Shown: in pieces, positions 16,077 through 24,893 of the stretch
Layout of the letters: each line of letters opens with the position of its first letter
How positions within the stretch are numbered: position 1 is the stretch's first letter
From: Cupriavidus necator
GTDB taxonomy: Bacteria; Pseudomonadota; Gammaproteobacteria; Burkholderiales; Burkholderiaceae
Assembly (NCBI RefSeq): GCF_016127575.1
Contig: NZ_CP066019.1
Location: 2,670,001 to 2,702,000, forward strand
Direction: 5' to 3'
Length of the DNA: 32,000 nucleotides
Notes under the pieces: generated by a model
What the model was told of the DNA's origin: nothing
Database searches by the model: none
The model's input: the letters and a program-made list of their open reading frames with translations, nothing else
Program-made: the position numbers and the translations under genes

Positions 16077-16109
16077 CTGCGGCAGACTGTCAGTATCAGT
16101 CTGCCGCAG
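16077..16109. terminator. Perfect 13-bp stem / 7-nt loop hairpin between convergent genes (CTGCGGCAGACTG-TCAGTAT-CAGTCTGCCGCAG)
   Basis: Read directly. It fills most of the 62-bp gap between the Bug receptor stop (16071) and the racemase-like stop (16134). Candidate bidirectional terminator. Confidence 0.6.
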
Positions 16110-16133
16110 CATCGCCGGGGTCAGGACATGGCG

Positions 16134-16859
16134 TCAATCGTAGCAGGCAGGGCTCACGCTCGCGTGCAGCCAGTGGACCAGTGTTACCGCATCGAAAATC
16201 GGCAATCCGGTGGCCTCGCGGAGGGCCCTGGAATGTCGCGGGAAATTGGCACACTCGCAGACGATAGCGCCCACATCGGGGTGCCGCTGCAGCAGGCGCC
16301 GCGCTGCCGCAGCCACTTCCTGGCGATGAGCCGGTCCATCTACCCGCAGCCGGTTCTCGCGATGGTCGCGAAGCAATGTACTGCTTTCATCGAGCGCTTC
16401 GACTGGCAGGTCGGGCGGCACGCCGATCGCACGAAACAGTTCACCGGTGAGCCCCGCTCGTGTTGCCGCCAGGATCCCGACGCGGCGTCCTGCCGGCAGG
16501 AGTTGCTGCACCATCGGGATCTGCAGAAGGCTGGAGGTAGCGACCGGAACGGCACAGCTTGCCGCCAGTCGGGATTGCAGCGGCGCCAAAAAGCCGCAAC
16601 TGGTGGCAATCGCATCAACCCCGGTAGCCACCAGCTCCCTTGCACCGGCCACCAGAGCTGCCAGCATCCCCTCGGTGTCGCCGCGGGCTGCCGCCGCCGC
16701 ATCGGCGCCGCGCATGACCGCATACTGGACCGGAAATGGCCAGGTTGCGGCATGCCCGACGTCGCCGGGCAGCCGCTCGAACCCCGTGTCGAGCATCAGG
16801 ATCCCAATCGAAACACCGTGTACGGTGCGTGACCGCCGTCCGGCGTCGTAGGCATCCAT
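16134..16859 (-). CDS. Asp/Glu/hydantoin racemase-family protein (racemase / isomerase / arylmalonate-decarboxylase fold)
   Basis: About 241 aa. GILMLDTGFERLPGDVGHAATWPFPV, plus two Cys-containing segments at the expected positions (ATSCGFLAP and IVCECANFP). The tracked start is a TTG; I prefer ATG 16859, 2 nt after the upstream stop. Confidence 0.8.
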   Translation of the reverse strand: MDAYDAGRRSRTVHGVSIGILMLDTGFERLPGDVGHAATWPFPVQYAVMRGADAAAAARGDTEGMLAALVAGARELVATGVDAIATSCGFLAPLQSRLAASCAVPVATSSLLQIPMVQQLLPAGRRVGILAATRAGLTGELFRAIGVPPDLPVEALDESSTLLRDHRENRLRVDGPAHRQEVAAAARRLLQRHPDVGAIVCECANFPRHSRALREATGLPIFDAVTLVHWLHASVSPACYD

Positions 16860-16861
16860 GG

Positions 16862-17881
16862 TCAATCAACGAAGCAATTGCATGACTCCATGCTCGCAGG
16901 AATCGGCCGTCCCAGCTGCGTGAGCTTCTTTCGGCTGATTAATGTCGTGTAGTCCTCGGGGCCCGGCTTGACGGGCGCCAGCTCAGAGGGCCGCTTGCCA
17001 TCCAGGATCTTTGCTGCCAGTTGGGCTGCCTGCGCACCCTGCGCTGCATACGAGGCGGAGTAAGCGACTGCCACCACCCCGCTTTTCTTGATGAGTTCTG
17101 TCTCCGCGCTCAGGATAGGAATCTTGTAGCGGTCGGTAACGGAGGCCACGGCCGGCATGGACGACTGCACGAGATTAGAGCCGATGGCATAGACGAAATC
17201 GACGTCCGACAGCATCTGCGTCCGCTGCGGCACGTCCATCGAGGCATCGACACTAATACTACGCAGGGTCAAGCCTTGCCGCGCCGACGCCGCTTCGATC
17301 GCCTTGATTGCCACCACATCGTTTGCCTCCCCTGGGGAGTACAGCACGCCGAACCGCCTGGCGCCGGGGAACATGCGCTTTGCGAAGCTCAGCACGGCGT
17401 CATAGTCCATTGCACTGGCCGATCCGACGAAGCGCGCGCTACCCTGGCGCCAGTTGGGCACGAGACCAGCCGCCACCGGATCGCTGATCAGACAGAACAC
17501 CATCGGCAGAGACTTGTCCGTGATACTCGACAGCGCTGCCTGGGAAACCGGGGTTGTGACTGTCAGGATCACCGCCGGCCTCTTCGCCTCGATCTGCCCG
17601 AGGATCTGGGGGATCATCGCGGGCGTGAAATTCGCGTCGCTGTAGACGTACGTTGTGTTCCTTCCTTCCACGTAGCCATGCTTGCGCATTTCCTCCTTGA
17701 AGCCGGAAACGCTCTGATCCAGCGCGGGATGCGGACCAAAGTTGGCGATGCCGATAACGGTATTGCCTTGGGGGCCGCCTTTCGCGGCCGTCTCGGCCGC
17801 GCCACTGGGCGCGGCCAGCGTGGCAGCCGCCAGCGCCAGGCCCGCCATGGCGACGCCCGCCGTCTTGAATCTTGTCAACAT
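16862..17881 (-). CDS. ABC transporter periplasmic substrate-binding protein (ABC_sub_bind / PF04392, COG2984 type), orphan copy
   Basis: Start re-set to ATG 17881 (MLTRFKTAGVAMAGLALAAATLAAPSGA signal peptide, GGAGAG Shine-Dalgarno). The mature part VIGIANFGPHPALDQSVSGFKEEMRKHGYVEGRNTTYVY is typical of this family. It is a paralogue of the receptor at 24894..25883. Confidence 0.85.
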   Translation of the reverse strand: MLTRFKTAGVAMAGLALAAATLAAPSGAAETAAKGGPQGNTVIGIANFGPHPALDQSVSGFKEEMRKHGYVEGRNTTYVYSDANFTPAMIPQILGQIEAKRPAVILTVTTPVSQAALSSITDKSLPMVFCLISDPVAAGLVPNWRQGSARFVGSASAMDYDAVLSFAKRMFPGARRFGVLYSPGEANDVVAIKAIEAASARQGLTLRSISVDASMDVPQRTQMLSDVDFVYAIGSNLVQSSMPAVASVTDRYKIPILSAETELIKKSGVVAVAYSASYAAQGAQAAQLAAKILDGKRPSELAPVKPGPEDYTTLISRKKLTQLGRPIPASMESCNCFVD

Positions 17882-17924
17882 GATCGTTCTCTCCGGGGAA
17901 GGCGTGGTACAGGTTGCCCTGGGT

Positions 17925-19349
17925 TCAGAGGGATTCCGAGAGCTCGTCCAGTGGCTTGATACCGCCTTCGTTCGCGATGAGCGCACGTTTGCGGACATAG
18001 CGCAGGATGCTCGTCGCACCGTAGCGCGAGCCACCCATGCCAGAGAACTTGAAGGCCGTCTTCTCCCCGTCGAACATCATGCCGCGTTGCAGTTCCGTGT
18101 CATTGATGCTGACACCACCGGCTTCCATCTTCGTCGCGAAATCGCCGGCGGTATGCGTATCCGGACCAAAGACTGCACCGCTGAGGCCATAGATGGAATC
18201 ATTCGCAAGGCGCACTGCCTCATCTTCGCTGGAGAAGCGCATGACCGGCACCACGGGGCCGAACGTTTCCTGCGTCATCAGGTCCATTGAGTGGTCCACA
18301 TCGACCACGATGGTCGGGTCGAGCCACACCGCACCGCCGACATTCTCCACCGCACCGCCGGTAACGATGCGGGCACCCCTGACGACTGCGTCTTGCAACT
18401 GTGCCCGGACAATTTCCGCTTGGGCGGCATGAATGAAGGGCCCGTAGTGACCCCCGTCCGTGGCTGCCGAACTGCGGCGAAGCGTCTGAACCTGTCGGAC
18501 CAGTTCCTGCACGAAAGCCTCATGGATGGACTCGTCCACGTAGACCCGCTCGATTGCGTAGCAAACCTGCCCGGTGTTATAGATGGCACTCCGGAGGATG
18601 CTGGTGGCGGCACGTTCGAGATCTGAGCCGGCCAGCACCACTGCCGCGTCCTTGCCGCCAAGCTCAAGGAATGCCGGGATGAACCGCTCCGCGGCGGCAA
18701 CCGCGATCTTGCGTCCGGTCCCCACGCTTCCGGTAAAGACAATGGCGTCGACTTCCGCAAGCAAGGCCCGACCCGTTTCCGCTGCGCCCTGGAGCAGCGT
18801 GATCACGCCCTGCAACTCAGGCACGCCTTCAATCGACGCACGCAACGGCTCCACGAAGCGGGGCGTCACCTCGCTTGGCTTGATGACTACCGCGGCACCG
18901 GCGAGCAATGCGGGGATGGCATCGATGAAGGAAAGCACCAAAGGGAAGTTCCACGGACTGATGACGCCGACAACCGGATATGGGACCAGGGTCGTCTTGA
19001 ACACGACATCGCTGTTATTGCGGAACTTGCGGAATGGCTGAGCGAGGACTTCCGGTGCAGCTTCGGAATACCCATGAATGAAATGGATAACAGCACCGAG
19101 TTCTTCCCGGGAGATTCTGGCGCGAGCGGTATCAACTGTCAGAGCACCGGTGATGGCGTCCGCCTTGCTTTCCAAAGCCCTGGCCCAGGACGACAGCGCT
19201 TGAATACGGTGTTCAAGCCCTTTTTCGTACCACTCCCGTTGCGCGTCCCTTGCCCGCGCTACCGCGTGGCTTACCGTACTTGCATCCGCAGGGATGAATT
19301 CGTAATCCAGTTCGCCGGTACGGGGGTTCCTTACTTTGATCACTGCCAT
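17925..19349 (-). CDS. NAD(P)-dependent aldehyde dehydrogenase
   Basis: 474 aa with the catalytic motifs FLELGGKDA (Glu) and GQVCYAIERVYV (Cys). GAGGAA Shine-Dalgarno. Confidence 0.95.
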   Translation of the reverse strand: MAVIKVRNPRTGELDYEFIPADASTVSHAVARARDAQREWYEKGLEHRIQALSSWARALESKADAITGALTVDTARARISREELGAVIHFIHGYSEAAPEVLAQPFRKFRNNSDVVFKTTLVPYPVVGVISPWNFPLVLSFIDAIPALLAGAAVVIKPSEVTPRFVEPLRASIEGVPELQGVITLLQGAAETGRALLAEVDAIVFTGSVGTGRKIAVAAAERFIPAFLELGGKDAAVVLAGSDLERAATSILRSAIYNTGQVCYAIERVYVDESIHEAFVQELVRQVQTLRRSSAATDGGHYGPFIHAAQAEIVRAQLQDAVVRGARIVTGGAVENVGGAVWLDPTIVVDVDHSMDLMTQETFGPVVPVMRFSSEDEAVRLANDSIYGLSGAVFGPDTHTAGDFATKMEAGGVSINDTELQRGMMFDGEKTAFKFSGMGGSRYGATSILRYVRKRALIANEGGIKPLDELSESL

Positions 19350-19494
19350 GCGTTCCTCGTCGTCAATCGCACCCCGCTGTCGGGTATGGGGACGATCCTA
19401 TGCGAGGAACACGGCGGGTCGTATCGGGCCCGACCAACGAATGCCGATCGACTAGAAAATGCTGCAGATTGCCAATCTCCGGCCGCGGCAGGGC

Positions 19495-20622
19495 TTACAG
19501 GTCTTCTCCTGCGGTAACGCCCGGCGCGGATGAGGAACGGGCCCGGACGTTGCGCAGGTCGGCCATCCGCCTGGCATCCTTGGGAGCGAAGCCGAAGTAA
19601 TCGCGGAAAGACGCCGTGAAACTCGTCTGGTGCTGATAGCCCACTGCGAACGCCACCTCGTTGACACTCAGGCGTTGGTTCCCCAGCATCTCCAGTGCCC
19701 TGTCCATGCGCGCCCGATGGCCGCATTCAAACACTGTCATACCGTAGAGAAACTTGAAGCCGCGCTTGAGTTTGGATGTGTTGGTCCCCACGGCGCGCGC
19801 CAGCTCCGGGATCGTCATCATGTGCCGAAGGTCGCCGACAAGAAGATCTCGCGCCTTCTCAATCAGGCGCAGGTCGCGCGAAGAGAACACCTCGGCGGTA
19901 TGGTGGCTTTCGAGATAGGCCTGCCACAGATCCAATGATGCGCACATCACCTCGTATGCCTTGGCCTGAGCGAAGAGCAGCCGCCGATAGCCTTCGTACG
20001 GATTCTCCAGCAGTTGCTTGACAGCGGTCAGCACCTCGGGATTGACCGGCATCTGGTGGCAAAACACTTGCTCATTTCGCAGCTTCTGCAATTGGTGCCA
20101 AAGGGGGCCATCAACACCCATGGAGGCCCGCAGAAAACTGTGGAAGTATTCACGGCTGATATAGAGGCCAACGGAGCGCCAGAGGCCCGGGCCGCACGAC
20201 ACCTGGTAATGCATGTCATCGCCCTGATGCACCACAGTGAGGTTCGGCGAAGTGACTTCGATCCTTCCGGCCTCGGAGAACTCAACGCTCACCGGACCGG
20301 CGACCATGAAATGGAATTCGATATAGCCCTCGGGCAGCACGCTCTCACTATGCTGCCGGGTAAGGTAGCCATCCGAGACCACCAGGAGGATCTCATCCCG
20401 GATGCTGATCAGCTCCCACTTCCCTTCTTCGGGGTCGTCAGAGACCGGAACGGATCCACCATACAGGCCGGCCTCTCCGTGCGGAGCGGAAGACAAAAAC
20501 CCCAGCTGATCGCGAAGCGCACTGAATGCCTCGCTGGTACGAGCGTGATGGCCAGCCAGGCGCGTACGGAACAAGCCATCGTTTCCCGGCTCCGGCGACG
20601 TAAGATTCAGACTGGCCATCAT
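19495..20622 (-). CDS. AraC-family transcriptional regulator
   Basis: The C-terminal double HTH reads ...MTIPELARAVGTNTSKLKRGFKFLYGMTVFECGHRARMDRALEMLGNQRLSVNEVAFAVGYQHQTSFTASFRDYFGFAP. A large N-terminal sensing domain precedes it. Start re-set to the ATG-ATG at 20622/20619 (MMASLNL); the longer tracked N-terminus is Arg/Pro-rich and looks non-coding. Confidence 0.85.
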   Translation of the reverse strand: MMASLNLTSPEPGNDGLFRTRLAGHHARTSEAFSALRDQLGFLSSAPHGEAGLYGGSVPVSDDPEEGKWELISIRDEILLVVSDGYLTRQHSESVLPEGYIEFHFMVAGPVSVEFSEAGRIEVTSPNLTVVHQGDDMHYQVSCGPGLWRSVGLYISREYFHSFLRASMGVDGPLWHQLQKLRNEQVFCHQMPVNPEVLTAVKQLLENPYEGYRRLLFAQAKAYEVMCASLDLWQAYLESHHTAEVFSSRDLRLIEKARDLLVGDLRHMMTIPELARAVGTNTSKLKRGFKFLYGMTVFECGHRARMDRALEMLGNQRLSVNEVAFAVGYQHQTSFTASFRDYFGFAPKDARRMADLRNVRARSSSAPGVTAGEDL

Positions 20623-20901
20623 GTCTTCCCCAAGCAATTTCTGGATTGCGCCGCTAGCGCTTGCGCGGGCGCGATTGACCGGGACGCGGCAACGCCGCGA
20701 ACGCCAACGATGCCACCGCGGCCCCGGCAAGACGGCGCAATGTCGCCGCATCGCGGCTCATCGTAATGCCCGCCGCTGCCGCCCTGGTCACGCCAAAAGG
20801 AATTGAGTTCGGATTTCCTATGTTCCCAGCGCTACCGCACAGGCTGGACAGGTGCCCGTTAAGGTAACGTCAGCCTACCTTCCGAACTATCCGAGAAAAC
20901 C

Positions 20902-22239
20902 ATGAGGCACTACTTGAGCCGTCTGCAAGCACGCGGCGACCTGGCAATTGTGGAGCGCGAAGTCGATCCCCGTTTCGAAGCGGCTGCGGTCGCGCGGCAA
21001 CTGCAACGTGTCTCGAACCAGGCCGTGCTCTTCAAGAACGTGCGTGGCTCCGCACTTCCGGTTGTCATGAACCTGTATAGCGACCATGAGCGGCTGCGCG
21101 AGATGATTCGTTGCGGTACGCGCACCTTCTGCGAGCGGCTGGACGAGGAAATTGAAGTCGCTGCCACGCTTCAAACCTATGCGGAAGAGGATACTCAGCC
21201 CGAGCGCCTCCGGAGCGGGAAGCTCAGCGACCTGCCGATCCTGACTTACCACGAGCGGGACGGCGCCCCGTACATTACGTCCGGCGTGTTTCTCGCACGT
21301 GACCCTGACACAGGCGTGCCTAACCTGTCGTTCCATCGCTCAATGGTAATTTCCGATAATGAACTACGAATTCGGCTGGGAAGCTCACACGATCTCGCCC
21401 GCTATCAGGCAGCTGCCGAACGCCAGGGAAAGGCGCTGGAAGCCGCCATTCTGATCGGCGCCCCTCCCGAAGTCTTCATGTCGGCCTGCGTCTCGCTGCC
21501 GCCCCAGGCAAACGAGCTGGCACTGGCCTCCGCGATGCGAGGCGGCCCTTTGCGCACACGCCGGTGCCAGACCATCGATCTTTCCGTTCCCGCCGCGACC
21601 GACATCGTGATTGAAGGCCGGATCCTCCCAAACGTGCGCCGCCCGGAAGGTCCTTTCGGCGAATTCATGGGCTATTACGTCGATGTGGGTGACAACCACG
21701 TATTCGAAGTCACGCACGTCGCCTGGCGCACCGGAGCAATCTTCCAGGGCCTGATCTGCGGCTCTGACGAAGACCTGCGGCCGCTCGAGGCCGCCACCGC
21801 CGCGCGCATCTATCGCGCCATCAAGGGACAGGTACCGGGCATCATCGATGTGTCCTGCAAGCCCACGGTGATGAACACCGTCATCAAGCTCCGGAAGCAG
21901 TACGAGGGGCACGCACAGCATGCGCTGCTCGCGGCAATGGGCGCGCATCTTGACTACAACAAGCTTTGCATCGTGGTTGACGAAGATGTCGACATCTACA
22001 ACCTGGATGAAGTGATCTGGGCTTTCGTGACGCGGGGGCGTGCAGACACCCGAACCATGGTGCTGAACAATGTCCCGGGCTTCTACCGCGATCCGCACAA
22101 AGATCACTGGGGCCGCCTTGCCATTGATGCGACTAAACCATGGGGACGCGAAGCGGAGTTTGAACGAAAGCGCATTCCAGGCGAAGTGGAAATTGAACTT
22201 GGCAAGTATCTGCCCGCTTTTGCGTCGGAGGTGCGCTGA
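20902..22239 (+). CDS. UbiD-family prFMN-dependent (de)carboxylase
   Basis: 445 aa. It retains the family motifs N-x4-R (PNLSFHR) and E-x4-E (PEGPFGEFMGYY), which as I recall correspond to the prFMN/metal-site Asn, the catalytic Arg and the two catalytic Glu of fungal Fdc1. A UbiX gene follows immediately. Confidence 0.9.
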   Translation: MRHYLSRLQARGDLAIVEREVDPRFEAAAVARQLQRVSNQAVLFKNVRGSALPVVMNLYSDHERLREMIRCGTRTFCERLDEEIEVAATLQTYAEEDTQPERLRSGKLSDLPILTYHERDGAPYITSGVFLARDPDTGVPNLSFHRSMVISDNELRIRLGSSHDLARYQAAAERQGKALEAAILIGAPPEVFMSACVSLPPQANELALASAMRGGPLRTRRCQTIDLSVPAATDIVIEGRILPNVRRPEGPFGEFMGYYVDVGDNHVFEVTHVAWRTGAIFQGLICGSDEDLRPLEAATAARIYRAIKGQVPGIIDVSCKPTVMNTVIKLRKQYEGHAQHALLAAMGAHLDYNKLCIVVDEDVDIYNLDEVIWAFVTRGRADTRTMVLNNVPGFYRDPHKDHWGRLAIDATKPWGREAEFERKRIPGEVEIELGKYLPAFASEVR

Positions 22240-22240
22240 C

Positions 22241-22873
22241 ATGAGCAAGGACCGCACCCGCATAGTCGTTGGCATCAGCGGTGCCACCGGTGCCATCTAC
22301 GGTGTCCGGCTGCTGGAAGCCTTGCGGCTGCTCGATGTCGAAACCCATCTGGTGGTGTCGGCGTCAGGCTGGCTGACCTTGCGGCAGGAATGCAGCATAG
22401 ACAGGCACGCAGCACAATCGCTCGCCGATGTAGCCTACGACATCCGAGACATTGGTGCCGCCCTGGCAAGCGGATCCTTTCGGCACCAGGGCATGGTCGT
22501 GGCGCCTTGCTCCATGCGAACATTGGCCGCGGTCGCCCACGGGTTCAACGACAATCTGCTGACCCGCGCTGCCGACGTAACCCTGAAAGAGCGGCGGACA
22601 TTGGTGCTCCTCGCACGGGAAACGCCACTGACTCTGGCTCATCTCCGAAACATGACTGCAGCAGCTGAGATGGGCGCCGTCATCATGCCCCCGGTGCCGG
22701 CCTTCTATGCCCTGCCCAAGACGCTCGATGAGCTGATTCGCTATACCGTATGGCGGGTACTGGACCAGTTAGGTCTCGCTTCGGAATCCGCCTACCAACG
22801 TTGGGAAGGTATGCGGACACATGTGCGATCGGTGCGCGCACAATCTGATGACCTCAGCGTGCTGCACGTCTAG
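22241..22873 (+). CDS. UbiX-family flavin prenyltransferase (prFMN synthase)
   Basis: Start re-set to ATG 22241, 1 nt after the UbiD stop. MSKDRTRIVVGISGATGAIYGVRLLEAL...VVAPCSMRTLAAVAHG is the typical UbiX/Pad1 flavoprotein sequence. Confidence 0.9.
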   Translation: MSKDRTRIVVGISGATGAIYGVRLLEALRLLDVETHLVVSASGWLTLRQECSIDRHAAQSLADVAYDIRDIGAALASGSFRHQGMVVAPCSMRTLAAVAHGFNDNLLTRAADVTLKERRTLVLLARETPLTLAHLRNMTAAAEMGAVIMPPVPAFYALPKTLDELIRYTVWRVLDQLGLASESAYQRWEGMRTHVRSVRAQSDDLSVLHV

Positions 22874-22997
22874 CGGCAAATCCTGACTCTCCTTGTCCCA
22901 ATGGGGCCGTAACCCCGGCCAGGACAACCAGAGCAAACCTGGGCAAATGGCACCTCTCCAAACCTAACGCGCCTGCCTGCGCACCAATACCCACTCT

Positions 22998-23028
22998 GGC
23001 ATGACCCGACCGATCGGCCGGGCATGCC
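22998..23028 (+). terminator. Imperfect GC-rich hairpin (GGCATG-A-CCCG-A-CCGATCGG-C-CGGG-CATGCC) downstream of the UbiX gene
   Basis: Read directly: 12 bp with one bulge and one mismatch, and no U-tract. Weak terminator candidate. Confidence 0.3.
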
Positions 23029-23060
23029 GCTCCAAGGAAGCTCTGTTCCGCTATCCAACA

Positions 23061-23089
23061 TAAAAAGAAGCCGTCCCGAGGGACGGCTT
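23061..23089 (-). terminator. Rho-independent terminator of the ABC importer operon
   Basis: 9-bp stem AAGCCGTCC / GGACGGCTT (23068-23076 / 23081-23089) with a 4-nt loop. On the minus strand it is followed by CTTTTTA. It lies 54 nt after the permease stop. Confidence 0.7.
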
Positions 23090-23143
23090 TCAAGTCGCGG
23101 ATGGAGACACCGCATAAGGAACCAAAGAAGAAACCGTTTTGAA

Positions 23144-24061
23144 TCAGGCAGCCCGTGCAAGGCGCTCCTGCGCCACCTTGCGTGACTTTCCTGGTTTGCG
23201 CTTGGCAAGGATAAGAAGTGTGATCAGCACAAAAACCGCAGTTACCATTTTCAGATCCGACGGCTGGAAGCCGAAGGCCAAGACGATCGAGATCAGTTGA
23301 AAATACACAACCGAGCCCAACACCGGCGCCGCCACCTGCCGCAGGATCGTCCGGTTCCCGATGATCGCCTCACCGAGCAGCAGCGATGCCAGCCCGTTGA
23401 TCAGCGTGCCGAAGCCCATGTTGACGTCGGCGAAACCCTGGTTCTGCGCCAGCAGACCGCCTCCGAGCGCTGCGATAAGGTTTGCCAACCCGAGCCCTAC
23501 CAGCACATAGACCTTGATATTGATGCCCTGCGCCTTGGCCATCGCAACACTGGAGCCAAGCGACCGCATGGCCATCCCGTGCTGTGTCCCCAGGAACCAG
23601 AAGATCAATGCGATCAATGCGATATCCACTACGGCAAGCAATGCAATTCGGCTTGTCAGGGTTCCGTCGTCACCGGGCAGGTACTGGAAGAGATTTGGGA
23701 ACGTGAACAAAGCGGTGTTCGGCTGGCCCATGACCCGGATGTCAATCGAATACAGCATGGACAACACCAGGATGCCGCACAAGAGCGTATTCACCTTCAC
23801 CTTCTCATGAATATACGCAGTGGCGCTTCCCCCCAGGAAGCCTGCCGCGGCACCGATGAGTAGCGACGACACGGGTTCCAGTCCGACGCTCAGGCATTTC
23901 GCCGTCACGCATGCACCAAAGGCAAGGGTCCCTTCACCTGTCATATCTGCGAAATTCAGGATCCGGAACGGGATCATCACCGCAATGGCAATCAGGGCGT
24001 AGATGAGCCCTTGCATCAGGCCCATTGGCACCAGGTTGAGGAATGTATCGAACAGGTTCAT
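23144..24061 (-). CDS. ABC transporter permease (partner of PF04392-type receptors; LivH/BPD_transp_2-like as far as I can judge)
   Basis: 305 aa, hydrophobic throughout with multiple predicted TM segments. The start overlaps the ATPase stop (ATGA). Confidence 0.85.
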   Translation of the reverse strand: MNLFDTFLNLVPMGLMQGLIYALIAIAVMIPFRILNFADMTGEGTLAFGACVTAKCLSVGLEPVSSLLIGAAAGFLGGSATAYIHEKVKVNTLLCGILVLSMLYSIDIRVMGQPNTALFTFPNLFQYLPGDDGTLTSRIALLAVVDIALIALIFWFLGTQHGMAMRSLGSSVAMAKAQGINIKVYVLVGLGLANLIAALGGGLLAQNQGFADVNMGFGTLINGLASLLLGEAIIGNRTILRQVAAPVLGSVVYFQLISIVLAFGFQPSDLKMVTAVFVLITLLILAKRKPGKSRKVAQERLARAA

Positions 24062-24840
24062 GCGCTCACCATGCGAAGGGAGGGGTTCTCGTCGTCGAAA
24101 GCGGCAATCAGCTTTTCAACTGTCATGCGCCGTTTCTGCTCCAGGGACAAGTCGGCAACAACAGCGCCATGCCGCATCATGATTAGCCGGTTTCCATACT
24201 GCAATGCATGGTGCATGTTGTGGGTGACCATCAGCGTAGTCAGCCCGGCCTGGTCAACCACTTGCGAAGTCACTCGCATCACGGCTTCGGCGGTCCGCGG
24301 GTCCAGCGCCGCGGTATGTTCATCCAGCAGCAGCAACTGAGGCTCACGGAGGACCGCCATCAGCAGCGAAAGCGCCTGGCGCTGTCCGCCTGAGAGCAGG
24401 CCTGCCTGTGCCTTCATCCGATTTTCCAGGCCCAGGCCGAAGGTGCCGAGCCTCTGCTGAAACTCGCGAGCCTGCGCCGAGGTCAGGCCACGGCCGAAGG
24501 TCCTGCGCTGCCCGCGCAAGGCGGCAACAGCAAGGTTCTCTTCGATATTGAGCGCCGCGGCAGTACCGATCGACGGATCCTGAAAGACTCTGGCGATGTA
24601 CTTTGCGCGCAGGTGCGTGCCGAGCGGGGTCACATTCACGCCGTTGACGCGGATGCTTCCCGAATCCGGCAGGACTTCACCGGCGAGCATGCTGAGCAGC
24701 GTCGATTTTCCTGCCCCATTCCCTCCTACCACCACCACGAAATCGCCCTGGTTCAGTTCGAGGGAAACGCCGTCGATCGCAACCCGTTCGTCAGCTGTGC
24801 CGGCATGGAAGGTCTTGTGCAAACATTCGACTTGCAACAT
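24058..24840 (-). CDS. ABC transporter ATP-binding protein
   Basis: Walker A GGNGAGKST, signature LSGGQRQAL, Walker B LLLLDEHTAALD. I prefer the start at ATG 24840 (MLQVECLHKTFHAGT) because third-position GC is low upstream. ATG 24873, 24909 and 24915 remain possible. Confidence 0.9.
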   Translation of the reverse strand: MLQVECLHKTFHAGTADERVAIDGVSLELNQGDFVVVVGGNGAGKSTLLSMLAGEVLPDSGSIRVNGVNVTPLGTHLRAKYIARVFQDPSIGTAAALNIEENLAVAALRGQRRTFGRGLTSAQAREFQQRLGTFGLGLENRMKAQAGLLSGGQRQALSLLMAVLREPQLLLLDEHTAALDPRTAEAVMRVTSQVVDQAGLTTLMVTHNMHHALQYGNRLIMMRHGAVVADLSLEQKRRMTVEKLIAAFDDENPSLRMVSA

Positions 24841-24893
24841 GGTGGAAGCAGAATTTGGAGTTGACTGTGGCATGTTGCGGGCTCGCCGGGCAG

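Noticed and set aside
16128-22296. Other long overlapping ORFs (16128..16832 +, 17021..17959 +, 20014..20766 +, 21385..22296 -)
   Set aside because: Each lies antisense to a confidently identified gene (racemase-like, receptor, AraC, UbiD) and has biased Arg/Gly/His composition.
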